This document shows, one piece after another, positions 19,085-29,281 of a stretch of DNA of 64,000 nt. Within the stretch, counting starts at the first letter, position 1; each line of letters starts with the position of its first letter. Both the position numbers and the translations under genes were made by a program. Origin of the DNA: Gammaproteobacteria bacterium (GTDB lineage Bacteria; Pseudomonadota; Gammaproteobacteria; Steroidobacterales; Rariloculaceae); the NCBI GenBank assembly GCA_022820625.1, contig JAJEFE010000011.1, forward strand, positions 846 to 64,845, given 5' to 3'. The notes beneath the pieces were generated by a model. That model did no database searches, was not told the DNA's origin, and worked only from the letters and a program-made list of their open reading frames with translations.

Positions 19085-20644
19085 ATGGATCAGCCAATTC
19101 AAAAGATAGTGATCGTCGGCGGCGGCACCGCAGGCTGGATTACGGCCGGCATGGTAGCGGCCGAATCCTCCGGGCGTGGCGACACGGCAGTCGAGGTCGT
19201 GCTTGTCGAATCGCCGGATATACCCATTGTCGGCGTCGGGGAAGGCACCTGGCCGTCGATGCGTACTACGCTTCAGCGGATCGGTTTGTCGGAAGACGCT
19301 CTGGTGCGCGAATGCGACGCCAGTTTCAAGCAAGGCACCCGATTCCGCGACTGGTCAGGCCGCGGGGAGTCGGCGGAATACATTCACCCCTTCAGTCTGC
19401 CGGCGGATTACGCTGAACTGAATCCCGCGATTTTCTGGCTCGAGCATCGCGGCCGAACGGCCTACGCCGATCTGGTCACTCCTCAGGCGCGCGTCATCAA
19501 AATGGGTCTTGCACCCAAGCAGGTCAATGCACCGCAATACGCGTTCACGGTCAACTACGGCTATCACTTCGACGCGGGCAAGTTCGCGGCACTGCTGCAT
19601 CGCCATGCCGTGGACAAACTGGAAGTTCGGTACATTTCCGGCAATGTCCAAAGAATTGAATCGTGTCCGGACGGAGACGTTGCGGCGGTATTACTAGATT
19701 CAGGAGAACGCGTGGATGGCGACCTGTTCGTCGATTGCACCGGCCAGAAGGCCCTGTTGATCGGCGGCCATTTCGGGCGGCGCCTCGTTTCGCTCAAGGA
19801 TGTGCTGTTCAACGACAAGGCCATCGCGGTCCAGGCGCCCTACGCGGACCCGGATGACCCGATCGCGTCCGCGACCGTGGCGACGGCCCAACCTCACGGC
19901 TGGATTTGGGATATAGGGCTCGGCAGCCGCCGCGGGATCGGATACGTTCACTCAAGTGCCCATGCCGATGAAGACACAGCACTATCGGTGCTCAAACAAT
20001 ATCTGGAAGAAACCGCTCCAGGCGTCGACCTCGGGCGGTTGAGCTACCGGACTATCCCGTTCGAACCGGGCTGCCGCGAAACATTCTGGGTCAGAAACTG
20101 TGTTGCCGTCGGCCTGTCGGCGGGATTTATCGAGCCCCTGGAAGCCTCGGCGCTCGTACTGATAGAACAATCCGCGGCGATCATCGGCGAGCAACTGCCG
20201 CGCAACCGGGAGATAATGGATATTGTCGCCGACCGATTCAATGCGAAGATGCGCTACCATTGGGAGCGCATTGCCGAATTCCTCAAGTTGCACTATGCGA
20301 CTAGTGTCCGCGAGGACAGCGACTACTGGAAGGAAAACCGCGAGCAGGTTTCCTGGCCGGAAAGCCTGCGTCAAAGGATGACCTTGTGGCAGCAGCAACC
20401 GCCCTGGCATGACGATGCGCCGCGTATGGACGAGCTGTTTCCCTCGGCGAGCTATCAATATGTACTGTACGGGATGGGATTCAGGCCACGCTATGCCCTC
20501 GCCGGTAACGCGCGCCATGAGCGGATGCGCAAGCGCGCGGACGACGTTTTTCACGGTACGCAAATGAAAGCGCAACAGATGGCTCGCCTGCTGCCTTCTA
20601 CGAGAGAACTGGTCGGCGCCGTTGCGCGCCGGGCCGCCGGATAG
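19085..20644 (+). CDS. Flavin-dependent tryptophan-halogenase-family protein 1
   Basis: ATG 19085 with aggtgga SD. GGGTAGW FAD motif, FKQG Lys, GFIEPLEA. The WxWxIP motif reads WIWDIG (Pro replaced). Confidence 0.85.
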   Translation: MDQPIQKIVIVGGGTAGWITAGMVAAESSGRGDTAVEVVLVESPDIPIVGVGEGTWPSMRTTLQRIGLSEDALVRECDASFKQGTRFRDWSGRGESAEYIHPFSLPADYAELNPAIFWLEHRGRTAYADLVTPQARVIKMGLAPKQVNAPQYAFTVNYGYHFDAGKFAALLHRHAVDKLEVRYISGNVQRIESCPDGDVAAVLLDSGERVDGDLFVDCTGQKALLIGGHFGRRLVSLKDVLFNDKAIAVQAPYADPDDPIASATVATAQPHGWIWDIGLGSRRGIGYVHSSAHADEDTALSVLKQYLEETAPGVDLGRLSYRTIPFEPGCRETFWVRNCVAVGLSAGFIEPLEASALVLIEQSAAIIGEQLPRNREIMDIVADRFNAKMRYHWERIAEFLKLHYATSVREDSDYWKENREQVSWPESLRQRMTLWQQQPPWHDDAPRMDELFPSASYQYVLYGMGFRPRYALAGNARHERMRKRADDVFHGTQMKAQQMARLLPSTRELVGAVARRAAG

Positions 20645-20651
20645 GGCTGCG

Positions 20652-21401
20652 ATGGCCGATTACGCACTGCTGAACAACGTTGATCATGCGCAGGTCAGGA
20701 TCATTACCGACCGGTCTGCCCGGTACGGCGATGACATCATGCAGGCGCTTGTTTTCCCCTTTGAATTCCGAAACGTTCAGGCCAGCTACCCGATTCTGTT
20801 TCAGCAGCACCGCGAGGGGGGCTTCTATCCGCTGGCGCTGTTCGGCTTTCAGGATAAAGAAAACCTGTTCCTCGACGAGTCCGGCTGGCAGGCGCCCTAT
20901 ATCCCAGCCATGGTTCGGCGCGAGCCCTTTCTCATTGGTTATCAGGACCCGAAGACCCAGGGCGAAACAGAGCGCACCCGGGTGCTTTCCATAGACATGG
21001 ACCATCCCCGCGTCAACACCGAACACGGCGAACCGTTGTTCCAGCCGCTGGGAGGACGCACGCCGTTTCTCGAAGACGCTGCCAATTTGCTGGAAACGAT
21101 CTATGCCGGGATCGAGCACAACAGGTCCTTCATCGGAGTCCTGCAGGAGCATGACCTGATCGAGTCGATGACACTGGAGATCGAATTGAACGATGGGTCC
21201 CGCAACCAACTCATCGGATTCCACTGCCTGGACGAGAAAAAAGTGCAGGCGCTGCCGGCGGAAGTGCTGGGAGATTTCAACGAACGCGGTTATCTGATGC
21301 CTCTGTTCATGGTGCTGGCTTCCATGGGCAACCTTCAGCGACTTGCCGAGCTGAAGAACGCGACACTCGAGAGCAGCAACGAGGGCGCGAACGATGCCTG
21401 A
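20652..21401 (+). CDS. SapC-family protein
   Basis: Pattern (YPILF..., PAMVRREPF, ...) matches my memory of SapC-family proteins found next to TBDRs. Starts 8 nt after the halogenase-like stop. Confidence 0.75.
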   Translation: MADYALLNNVDHAQVRIITDRSARYGDDIMQALVFPFEFRNVQASYPILFQQHREGGFYPLALFGFQDKENLFLDESGWQAPYIPAMVRREPFLIGYQDPKTQGETERTRVLSIDMDHPRVNTEHGEPLFQPLGGRTPFLEDAANLLETIYAGIEHNRSFIGVLQEHDLIESMTLEIELNDGSRNQLIGFHCLDEKKVQALPAEVLGDFNERGYLMPLFMVLASMGNLQRLAELKNATLESSNEGANDA

Positions 21402-22401
21402 ACCGGCGCCCGTCAATTCCGTCGAATGTAGCGGCGGCGCCATCCCCGAGCGGGTATTCGGCTCCACGCAACCCGTACGGCTGGAAGGGCTGGTCCGCCA
21501 TTGGCCCGCCGTAGAGCGATGTAGCCAGTCCATATCCGCCGCCGCGCGTTACCTCTCCCAATTCTGGCGGGAGGAGCCGCTCACCGTTTATGTAGGTGAC
21601 TCCTCGATCGATGGAAGGTTCTTCTACAACAGCGATTTCACGGACTTCAACTTCATCAGCGGCAAAGCCACATTGCCGCAGGTGTTCGCCAAGCTCGCCG
21701 AACCCGAGCGCGAGGACCGCCTGAAGACCCTCTATGTGGGATCGACTCCGGTCGACCAGTGGATGCCCGGCTTTCGGTCTCAAAACGATGTGGAGTTGCC
21801 GGCGGAAGATGCCCTGGCCAGTTTCTGGCTGGGCAATCAGGTCACCGTATCCGCCCACTATGACTTTCCCGACAACATCGCGTGCGTGGTCGCGGGCGAG
21901 CGGCAGTTCACTCTGTTCCCCCCGGAACAGATCGGCAATCTGTATGTGGGACCCGTCGACAAGACCCCATCCGGACAGGCCATCAGCATGGTCGATATCG
22001 CCAATCCGGATTTGCATCGATTCCCGAAATACGCCAAAGCCGTCAAACATGCGCAGACCGCCTTGCTGCGGCCCGGAGACGCCATCTACATCCCGAGCAT
22101 GTGGTGGCATCACGTCCGGTCGACGGATTCATTCAACATGCTCCTGAACTATTGGTGGTGTAGCTCACCCGACTACATGGGTTCGCCGGGCACCGCTCTG
22201 TTGCACGCGATTCTGGCATTGAAGGATCTGCCGCCCCGGCAGCGGCGCATCTGGCAGGGCGTTTTCGATCATTACGTATTCGAGGCCAATGAGTCCGTCT
22301 ACGAACACATACCCGAGCCGGGCAGGGGCTGCCTCGCCCCGCTGGATGAGGCAAGGGCAAAGCAGCTGCATGCCGATATTTTGAACAGGCTGAACCGTTA
22401 A
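21394..22401 (+). CDS. Cupin_8 / JmjC-like Fe(II)/2-oxoglutarate oxygenase-fold protein
   Basis: SAHYDFPDN (HxD) and MWWHHV (His) facial-triad candidates. Overlaps the SapC gene by 8 nt. Confidence 0.75.
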   Translation: MPEPAPVNSVECSGGAIPERVFGSTQPVRLEGLVRHWPAVERCSQSISAAARYLSQFWREEPLTVYVGDSSIDGRFFYNSDFTDFNFISGKATLPQVFAKLAEPEREDRLKTLYVGSTPVDQWMPGFRSQNDVELPAEDALASFWLGNQVTVSAHYDFPDNIACVVAGERQFTLFPPEQIGNLYVGPVDKTPSGQAISMVDIANPDLHRFPKYAKAVKHAQTALLRPGDAIYIPSMWWHHVRSTDSFNMLLNYWWCSSPDYMGSPGTALLHAILALKDLPPRQRRIWQGVFDHYVFEANESVYEHIPEPGRGCLAPLDEARAKQLHADILNRLNR

Positions 22402-22508
22402 GGGAATGGCTCCAACTTCTGACGGCACGGTGTTCTCTACTGGCTGGACAATATGCCTTTGACGAAGCGCGAGTCCTCTGACGAAACCGGATGGCGGATT
22501 GATCAACA

Positions 22509-23999
22509 ATGCAACGACGCAAGATTCACAAGGTAGTCATCGCCGGCGGCGGCACCGCGGGCTGGATGGCCGCGGCGGCCCTGTCACGGCTATTGGGCAA
22601 GACCCTGGATATCACCCTGGTGGAATCCGAGGAGATCGGCACGGTCGGTGTCGGCGAGGCCACCATTCCGACCCTGCTCACCTTTCACGAATTGATCAAG
22701 GTCAAGGAGCAGGACTTTCTGAGGGCGACCCAGGGCACCTTCAAGCTCGGCATCAAGTTCGAGAGCTGGCGCAATGTGGAAGAAGACTACATCCATTCCT
22801 TCGGCTGGACAGGCAAGGACAGCTGGGCGGCGGGATTCCAGCATTTCTGGCTCAAGGGCCTGAAAAGGGGTATCAGCCGCGAGTTCGGCGAATACTGCAA
22901 TGAGTGGCTTGCCGCGGTGCAGAACCGTTTCGCGGTACTGCCCAGTCAGGGACTGAATTACGCATACCATATCGATGCGTCGCTGTATGCCGGGTTCCTG
23001 CGAGGCATCGCCGAGGAATTCGGCGCGGTGCGTCGGGAGGGCAGGATCGAGTTTGTGGAACAGGACCCGGAAAGCGGGTTCATTACCGCGTTGCGCCTGC
23101 AGTCGGGGCAGGTGATCGAGGGCGACCTCTTCATTGACTGCACCGGTTTTCGAGGGATTCTGATCGAGCAGACCCTCAATGCAGGCTACAACGACTGGAC
23201 GCACTGGCTGCCCTGCGACAGCGCGGTTGCCGTTCAGACCGAATCCGTTGAAGAGCCGATCCCCTACACCCGGTCGATTGCACGTGAAGCCGGTTGGCAG
23301 TGGCGCATCCCGTTGCAGCATCGGGTCGGAAACGGGGTCGTGTTCAGCGGCAGGCACTGGAGCGCCGACGAAGCCATTCAACATTTGCTTGACAATGTCG
23401 AAGGCAAGGTGCTCACCGAACCCAGGGTGATCCGCTTCAATGCCGGCCAGAGGCGCAGGCACTGGTACAAGAACTGTGTCGCCATGGGCTTGTCGTCCGG
23501 CTTCATTGAGCCGCTGGAGTCGACCAGCATCCACCTGATCCAGCGCAGCATCATTCGCCTGATGCAGATGTTCCCCTACGATGGCATTCGACAGCCGGAT
23601 GTGGATGAGTTCAACAGCCAGATGAAATTCGAGATCGACAATGTTCGCGATTTCATCATTCTGCACTACTACGTGACCAACAGGACGGATACGCGATTCT
23701 GGCGCCAGTGCCGGACCATGGACATTCCCGACTCCCTCAGGCATCGCATCGAACTGTTCAAGCAGGCGGGGCGCGTTTTCAAGGTACCGACCGAGTTGTT
23801 TGGCGAGAATTCGTGGATCCAGGTGATGCTGGGTCAGGGATTGCTGCCTGAGCAATACCATCCGATCGTGAACATGATGAGCGATGAGGAACTGAACAGA
23901 TTCCTGACCGGCATACACGGTTCAGTCGCGCAACGGGTCAGCCAGCTTCCCACGCATCAACGGTTTATTGACCACTATTGCAAGGTGTCGTCCGCCTGA
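22509..23999 (+). CDS. Flavin-dependent tryptophan-halogenase-family protein 2
   Basis: GGGTAGW, FKLG Lys, WQWRIP (intact WxWxIP), GFIEPLES. Confidence 0.85.
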   Translation: MQRRKIHKVVIAGGGTAGWMAAAALSRLLGKTLDITLVESEEIGTVGVGEATIPTLLTFHELIKVKEQDFLRATQGTFKLGIKFESWRNVEEDYIHSFGWTGKDSWAAGFQHFWLKGLKRGISREFGEYCNEWLAAVQNRFAVLPSQGLNYAYHIDASLYAGFLRGIAEEFGAVRREGRIEFVEQDPESGFITALRLQSGQVIEGDLFIDCTGFRGILIEQTLNAGYNDWTHWLPCDSAVAVQTESVEEPIPYTRSIAREAGWQWRIPLQHRVGNGVVFSGRHWSADEAIQHLLDNVEGKVLTEPRVIRFNAGQRRRHWYKNCVAMGLSSGFIEPLESTSIHLIQRSIIRLMQMFPYDGIRQPDVDEFNSQMKFEIDNVRDFIILHYYVTNRTDTRFWRQCRTMDIPDSLRHRIELFKQAGRVFKVPTELFGENSWIQVMLGQGLLPEQYHPIVNMMSDEELNRFLTGIHGSVAQRVSQLPTHQRFIDHYCKVSSA

Positions 24000-24123
24000 G
24001 TCACCGGCGCGGCGCGCTCACGCTCCTGCCGGGAACATGGCTGACCGATGCGTGTTGACTTCGAGCCTGAGGTTTTGTCCCGATGGAATAAACATTGCTT
24101 GTCTGAACCCCGAGACAGTAAGA

Positions 24124-24137
24124 TGTAACCGCTTTCA
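24124..24137. promoter_or_regulatory. LacI-family operator-like site 3 (TGTAACCGCTTTCA)
   Basis: In the AT-richer spacer ~100 bp upstream of the LacI-family gene. Same 14-bp pattern as sites 1, 2 and 4. Confidence 0.55.
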
Positions 24138-24238
24138 TTTCGATGAACTCAAACATTTGACATTTTTTTGGCCGTTGAATCCGGCGCCCGAATCAGGGTA
24201 TCGGATTGCCGGTCGACGAGACTTTCCGGGCTGACGCA

Positions 24239-25267
24239 ATGGCGACGATCTACGAAGTATCGAAATTGGTAGGAGTATCCGTGGCGACGGTTTCCCGGGT
24301 CATCAACGGCAGTAGCCGCGTCAGCGAAAAGACTCGCGAAAAAGTGCTTTCCGCCATGCGAACGCTGAATTACCGGCCCAACTCGATCGCCCAATCCCTT
24401 GCGTCCAATCGGTCCAACAGCGTGGGAATCCTCGTGCCGCAGGTCCACGGTCCGGTTTTCGCGTCCATGCTGAGCGAAGCGGAGGAAGAACTGAGGAACG
24501 CGGGCAAATTCACCATCTTCGCCACCGGCCTCAGCGATGAAATCAAGGAGCAGGAGGCCATTCGATTTCTCATCAGCCGAAACTGCGATGCGCTGATCAT
24601 GCATGTGGACGCACTCACCGACGAGTTCATCAAGGAGCAGATGGACGATGCGCTTCCGTTCCTGATCATGAATCGTGTCGTGCCCGGCCTGGAAGACAAG
24701 TGCATCAGCCTCGATAACGAGCGGGGCGGTTTCGAGGCAACCAGGACGCTACTGGAGATGGGACATCGCCGCATCGCCTACATTTCCGGCCCTCTGGCCT
24801 GGGTCGACGCCAGTGCGAGGCTGGAAGGGCACAGGCGGGCATTGGCGGCGTATGGCCAGGATTTCGACGATCGCCTGCTGGTGGAGAGCAACTTCAAGGA
24901 ATTCGGCGGCAGCGAAGCCATGTCGAAACTCTTGCGGCGGGGCCGGTCCTTTTCGGCCGTGGTGTGCGCCAACGACGAAATGGCCGCGGGCGCCATGGAC
25001 GCGATTCGGGCCAGGGGCCTGTCCATTCCGGAAGATGTTTCGATCGTCGGGTTCGATAACGCGCCGTTGAGCCGCTACCTTTACCCGAAGCTCACGACGG
25101 TCAACTATCCGATCGCCGAAATGGGGCGGATGGCGGCGCGTTGGGTGCTGCGAAACGTTTACAAGGACAGCGAAGCTGAAATTCGTCATGTCTTCAGGCC
25201 CACGCTGGTGCCTCGTGGATCGGCGATCACCGCTGAAGGGAGTCGCGATGACGCGCCGGGGAAATGA
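24239..25267 (+). CDS. LacI-family transcriptional repressor
   Basis: N-terminal HTH ATIYEVSKLVGVSVATVSRVING plus periplasmic-binding-protein-like sugar-binding core. ATG 24239. Confidence 0.9.
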   Translation: MATIYEVSKLVGVSVATVSRVINGSSRVSEKTREKVLSAMRTLNYRPNSIAQSLASNRSNSVGILVPQVHGPVFASMLSEAEEELRNAGKFTIFATGLSDEIKEQEAIRFLISRNCDALIMHVDALTDEFIKEQMDDALPFLIMNRVVPGLEDKCISLDNERGGFEATRTLLEMGHRRIAYISGPLAWVDASARLEGHRRALAAYGQDFDDRLLVESNFKEFGGSEAMSKLLRRGRSFSAVVCANDEMAAGAMDAIRARGLSIPEDVSIVGFDNAPLSRYLYPKLTTVNYPIAEMGRMAARWVLRNVYKDSEAEIRHVFRPTLVPRGSAITAEGSRDDAPGK

Positions 25268-27554
25268 CCTCGTGGACTCTGCACGCGCTCGACTGACACA
25301 TCATTTGCTCTGGGGATTTCTCTTCATGAATGCACCATTTGCCGCATTGGCCCAGCAGCCGCCGTTGGCGGACGATGTGATCGAGGCGAGGGTTGTTGAG
25401 CTCGTGAGCCGGATGACCATCGAGGAAAAGATCGGCCAGATGGTCCAGACCCACTATCCGGGCGAAGTCTCGGGGGATTTGCGCGGCGCCATCGAGGCCG
25501 GTCGGGTCGGCTCACTGCTTAATGTGGTGGATGTGGACGTCGCAAACGAATTGCAGCGAATCGCCACGGAGGAAAGCCGCCTCGGTATCCCGCTGCTGCT
25601 GGCCCGGGACGTGATTCACGGCTTCAGGACCGTGCTGCCTATTCCCCTGGGGCAGGCGGCCACCTGGAACCCGGAACTGGTCGAGCGAGGCACGCGCAAC
25701 GCGGCGCTGGAAGCGGCCAGCACCGGCGTCAACTGGGTCCTGGCACCGATGATCGACATTTCCCGGGATCCCCGCTGGGGCCGCATTGCCGAGAGCTTCG
25801 GCGAGGATCCTTACCTGACGAGCCGGCTTGCGGTCGCCATGGTCGAGGGTTTTCAGGGTGACGAACTGTCCGCGCCGGGGACCATCGCGGCCTGCGCGAA
25901 ACACTTTGCCGGCTACGGCGCCAGCGAGGCGGGGCGAGACTACAACACCACCAACATTCCCGAAAATGAACTGCGGAACGTTTACCTGCCGCCGTTCAAG
26001 GCAGCGGTCGATGCGGGCGTGGCGACACTGATGACCTCGTTCAGCGACCTCGACGGCGTACCCGCCAGCGGCAACCGCTTCCTGATGCAGAGTGTGCTGC
26101 GCGACGAGTGGGACTTCGACGGCTTTGTGGTCAGCGACTGGGATTCCATCGACCAGCTCACGGATCACGGCTTCGCGGCCGACTTCCGGGACGCGGCGCT
26201 CAAGGCGGTCACCGCAGGGGTGAACATGGAGATGGTGAGCCGCACGTACGCGGATCACCTTGCGGAGCTTGTCGAACAGGGCGAGACCGGCATGGAACGC
26301 ATCGATCAACTGGTCGGCGAAATCCTCCGCATCAAGCTTCGTCTCGGACTGTTCGAGAATCCCTATACGGAACCCGGCGAGTTTCCCGAGCCCGGCAATG
26401 ACGATCACCTCGCCGTGGCCCGCGAAGCGGCCCTGCAAAGCCTCGTATTGCTGCAGAACGAGGACAACGCGCTGCCGCTGGATGTCGGCGCGCTGGATTC
26501 GATCGCGGTCATCGGCCCCCTGTCGGACGATCCATACGAGCAGTTGGGAACCTGGATATTTGATGGCGACCCGGAACTCAGCCGGACGCCGCTGCAGGCG
26601 ATTCGGGCGTTTGTGGGAGACCGGGCCGACATCAACTACGTACGCGCGCTGGAAACCAGCCGCAGCCGTGACACCGGCGGTTTTGGCGAGGCCCTTGCGG
26701 CCGCCCGCGCGTCCGATGCCGTCGTCCTGTTCCTGGGCGAGGAGTCCATCCTTTCGGGCGAGGCCCATTCGCGCGCGGACATCGACCTGCCCGGCGCCCA
26801 GGTCGAACTGGTGCGTGCCCTGCGCGCGGCGGGCAAGCCCGTCATCGCCTTCATTCTTGCGGGCCGGCCATTGACCGTCGAGAACATCCTGGAAGACGTC
26901 GATGCGCTGGTCTTCGCCTGGCACCCGGGCACCATGGGCGGGCCGGCCATCGCCGACGTGTTGTTCGGCGTTGAATCGCCGTCGGGCAAATTGCCCGTGA
27001 CCTTTCCCAGAGTCGTGGGACAGATTCCCATCTACTATGCCCACAAGAATACGGGCAAGCCGGCGACACCCGATACCTACGTGCAAATGGACGACCTGCC
27101 GGTGCGCGGCGCGCAGGCTGCCTTCGGCATGACATCCCACCACCTGGACGCGGGCTACACGCCGCTGTTTCCCTTCGGATTCGGGCTCTCGTATGGGAGA
27201 TTCACCTATTCCGACATCGAATTGAGCCGGAGCACTCTGGGGATGAGCGATTCCCTGACGGTCCAGGCGGTCGTGACCAACAGCGGGGACATGGAGGCGG
27301 ACGAAGTCGTACAACTCTACGTCCGGGATCTCGTGGGCGATGTGACCCGGCCCGTGAAGGAACTCAAGGGTTTCCGGCGCATACGCTTGCAGCCGGGCGA
27401 AAGCCGCACCGCTTCCTTCGAGTTGCACCCGGCCAATCTCGCGTTCTACGGCCAGGACATGAAATGGATGATCGAACCCGGGGAGTTCCATGTCTGGGTC
27501 GGGGGCAGTTCCGACACCGAATTGCGGGCGTCGTTTACGCTCGTTGACGAATAG
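25248..27554 (+). CDS. bglX: Periplasmic GH3 beta-glucosidase
   Basis: KHFAGYG, GFVVSDW nucleophile motif, C-terminal fibronectin-like domain. ATG 25248 with GAAGGGAG SD. Overlaps the repressor gene by 20 nt. Confidence 0.9.
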   Translation: MTRRGNDLVDSARARLTHHLLWGFLFMNAPFAALAQQPPLADDVIEARVVELVSRMTIEEKIGQMVQTHYPGEVSGDLRGAIEAGRVGSLLNVVDVDVANELQRIATEESRLGIPLLLARDVIHGFRTVLPIPLGQAATWNPELVERGTRNAALEAASTGVNWVLAPMIDISRDPRWGRIAESFGEDPYLTSRLAVAMVEGFQGDELSAPGTIAACAKHFAGYGASEAGRDYNTTNIPENELRNVYLPPFKAAVDAGVATLMTSFSDLDGVPASGNRFLMQSVLRDEWDFDGFVVSDWDSIDQLTDHGFAADFRDAALKAVTAGVNMEMVSRTYADHLAELVEQGETGMERIDQLVGEILRIKLRLGLFENPYTEPGEFPEPGNDDHLAVAREAALQSLVLLQNEDNALPLDVGALDSIAVIGPLSDDPYEQLGTWIFDGDPELSRTPLQAIRAFVGDRADINYVRALETSRSRDTGGFGEALAAARASDAVVLFLGEESILSGEAHSRADIDLPGAQVELVRALRAAGKPVIAFILAGRPLTVENILEDVDALVFAWHPGTMGGPAIADVLFGVESPSGKLPVTFPRVVGQIPIYYAHKNTGKPATPDTYVQMDDLPVRGAQAAFGMTSHHLDAGYTPLFPFGFGLSYGRFTYSDIELSRSTLGMSDSLTVQAVVTNSGDMEADEVVQLYVRDLVGDVTRPVKELKGFRRIRLQPGESRTASFELHPANLAFYGQDMKWMIEPGEFHVWVGGSSDTELRASFTLVDE

Positions 27555-27703
27555 CAACTCACGGCGAACGCACCACGAATGAAGTCTGACGGCTGACTAC
27601 TGACGACCGAAGATCGAAGACACGAGATCGAGAATCGGAGATTGACAACGAGCGGCCACCCGCCGACGAACGACTGCCTATTGAATCACTGCGGCATGCC
27701 CCA

Positions 27704-29266
27704 ATGACAGTAAACCTTCGTTACATGGTGATGGTCGCGCTCATCGTGGCGCTGGGCGGCTTCCTCATGGGGTTCGACGCCTCGGTGATCTCCGGCGTCG
27801 TGTCGTTCATCGGGCCGGAGTTCGATCTGACGCGGATCGAGATCGGCTGGTCGGTGGCGTCGCTGACGCTGACGGCGACCCTGGCCATGATGGTGTCGGG
27901 CCCGCTCAGCGATCGGCTCGGCCGCAGGCCGGTGCTGAGGATCGCCGCCGCGCTGTTCGCCGTTTCCGCCGTGGCCTCGGCGATGGCGCCGGACTTCATC
28001 TGGCTGGTCGCAGCCCGGATGCTGGGCGGTCTGGGTGTCGGCGCGGCACTGATCATCGCGCCGATGTACATCGCCGAGATCGCGCCGGCGAAGATTCGCG
28101 GCCGCATGGTGTCCTTCAACCAGCTCAACATCGTCATCGGCATCTCCGCCGCGTTCTTCAGCAACTACCTGATCCTGAGGCTGGGCGCGTCGGACCTGGG
28201 CTGGGCGCAGGCACTCAACTTGGCTGACTGGAACTGGCGCTGGATGCTGGGCGTCGAGGCGATTCCGGCAATCGTCTACTTCGTCGCGCTGTTCGCGGTA
28301 CCCGAAAGTCCCCGATGGCTCGTGATGCATGGCAGGGACGACGAGGCGCTCGAAATCATGGAGCGGGTCGGCGACGCAGAGCAGGCTCGCGCCGGCCTCC
28401 ACGCGGTGCGCGATTCGCTGGGCGCCGAAGCGAACGCGGAGAAGGCGGCCTTCAGGGAACTGTTTCAACCGGCGATGCGGCTGGTCCTGACCATCGGCCT
28501 GTCCGTGGCGATCCTGCAGCAGATCACCGGCATCAACTCCGTCTTCTTCTACGCGCCGATGATCTTCGAGCAGTCCGGGATCGGGACCGACGCGTCGTTC
28601 CTCCAGGCCGTCCTCGTCGGTTTGGTAAACCTCGTCTTCACCGTGCTGGCCATCCTGACCATCGACCGGTTGGGCCGGCGGCCGCTGCTCATGTTCGGCC
28701 TGACCGGCATCGCCGTGTGCATGCTGGTGCTGTCGTACGGATTCGGTTCGGCGATCTATGCGCTGGACGACGAAGGCGTGGCCACGTTGCCGGAAACCCT
28801 GGAGCGCGAATCCCTCGCGCCGCTGGTGGATGAAACATACGACAGCGACGTGGCGTTCCGGCAGGCGGTGGTGGGCGCAGTGGGTCCGGAGGCGTACGAC
28901 GAGAATCGGTCGGCGCTGGTCAGCGCCGCGATCAGCATGAACCCGGCGCTGATTCTCGCGGGCATTCTCGGGTTCGTGGCGAGTTTCGCAATCTCTCTGG
29001 GTCCCGTCATGTGGGTGCTGTTCTCGGAACTCTTTCCCAATCGGGTGCGCGGCCTGGCCATATCATTCGTCGGCCTGGTGAATTCCGCGGTGAGCTTCGG
29101 CGTGCAACTCGTGTTTCCGTGGGAACTGGAGAACCTGGGCAATTCGTTGACGTTCCTGATCTACGCCGTATTCGCCATCGTGGGGCTTGTCATCGTGATT
29201 CGCCTGGTGCCCGAGACCAAGGGTCGGAGCCTGGAGCAACTCCAGGCAGAGCTGGTGAAGGTTTAG
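27704..29266 (+). CDS. MFS sugar porter (sugar:H+ symporter family) with ~60-aa loop insertion
   Basis: GFDASVISG, GRRP, PESPRWL, PETKG signatures. Extra hydrophilic segment about 28757-28947. Confidence 0.85.
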   Translation: MTVNLRYMVMVALIVALGGFLMGFDASVISGVVSFIGPEFDLTRIEIGWSVASLTLTATLAMMVSGPLSDRLGRRPVLRIAAALFAVSAVASAMAPDFIWLVAARMLGGLGVGAALIIAPMYIAEIAPAKIRGRMVSFNQLNIVIGISAAFFSNYLILRLGASDLGWAQALNLADWNWRWMLGVEAIPAIVYFVALFAVPESPRWLVMHGRDDEALEIMERVGDAEQARAGLHAVRDSLGAEANAEKAAFRELFQPAMRLVLTIGLSVAILQQITGINSVFFYAPMIFEQSGIGTDASFLQAVLVGLVNLVFTVLAILTIDRLGRRPLLMFGLTGIAVCMLVLSYGFGSAIYALDDEGVATLPETLERESLAPLVDETYDSDVAFRQAVVGAVGPEAYDENRSALVSAAISMNPALILAGILGFVASFAISLGPVMWVLFSELFPNRVRGLAISFVGLVNSAVSFGVQLVFPWELENLGNSLTFLIYAVFAIVGLVIVIRLVPETKGRSLEQLQAELVKV

Positions 29267-29281
29267 AAAGGAGGCGCCGGA

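Noticed and set aside
22406-22462. 18-codon ORF (MAPTSDGTVFSTGWTICL) containing Trp and Cys, just upstream of halogenase-like gene 2. Tempting as a RiPP or halogenation substrate peptide.
   Set aside because: GC3 is about half, versus the very high GC3 of real genes here. The SD-like AAGGGA abuts the ATG with no spacer. The ORF is short enough to arise by chance in a 107-bp spacer. Worth a look only if conserved in other genomes.
25512-27557. 681-aa minus-strand ORF
   Set aside because: Antisense to the GH3 bglX gene. No recognisable motifs, with the Arg/Gly-rich composition of a shadow ORF.
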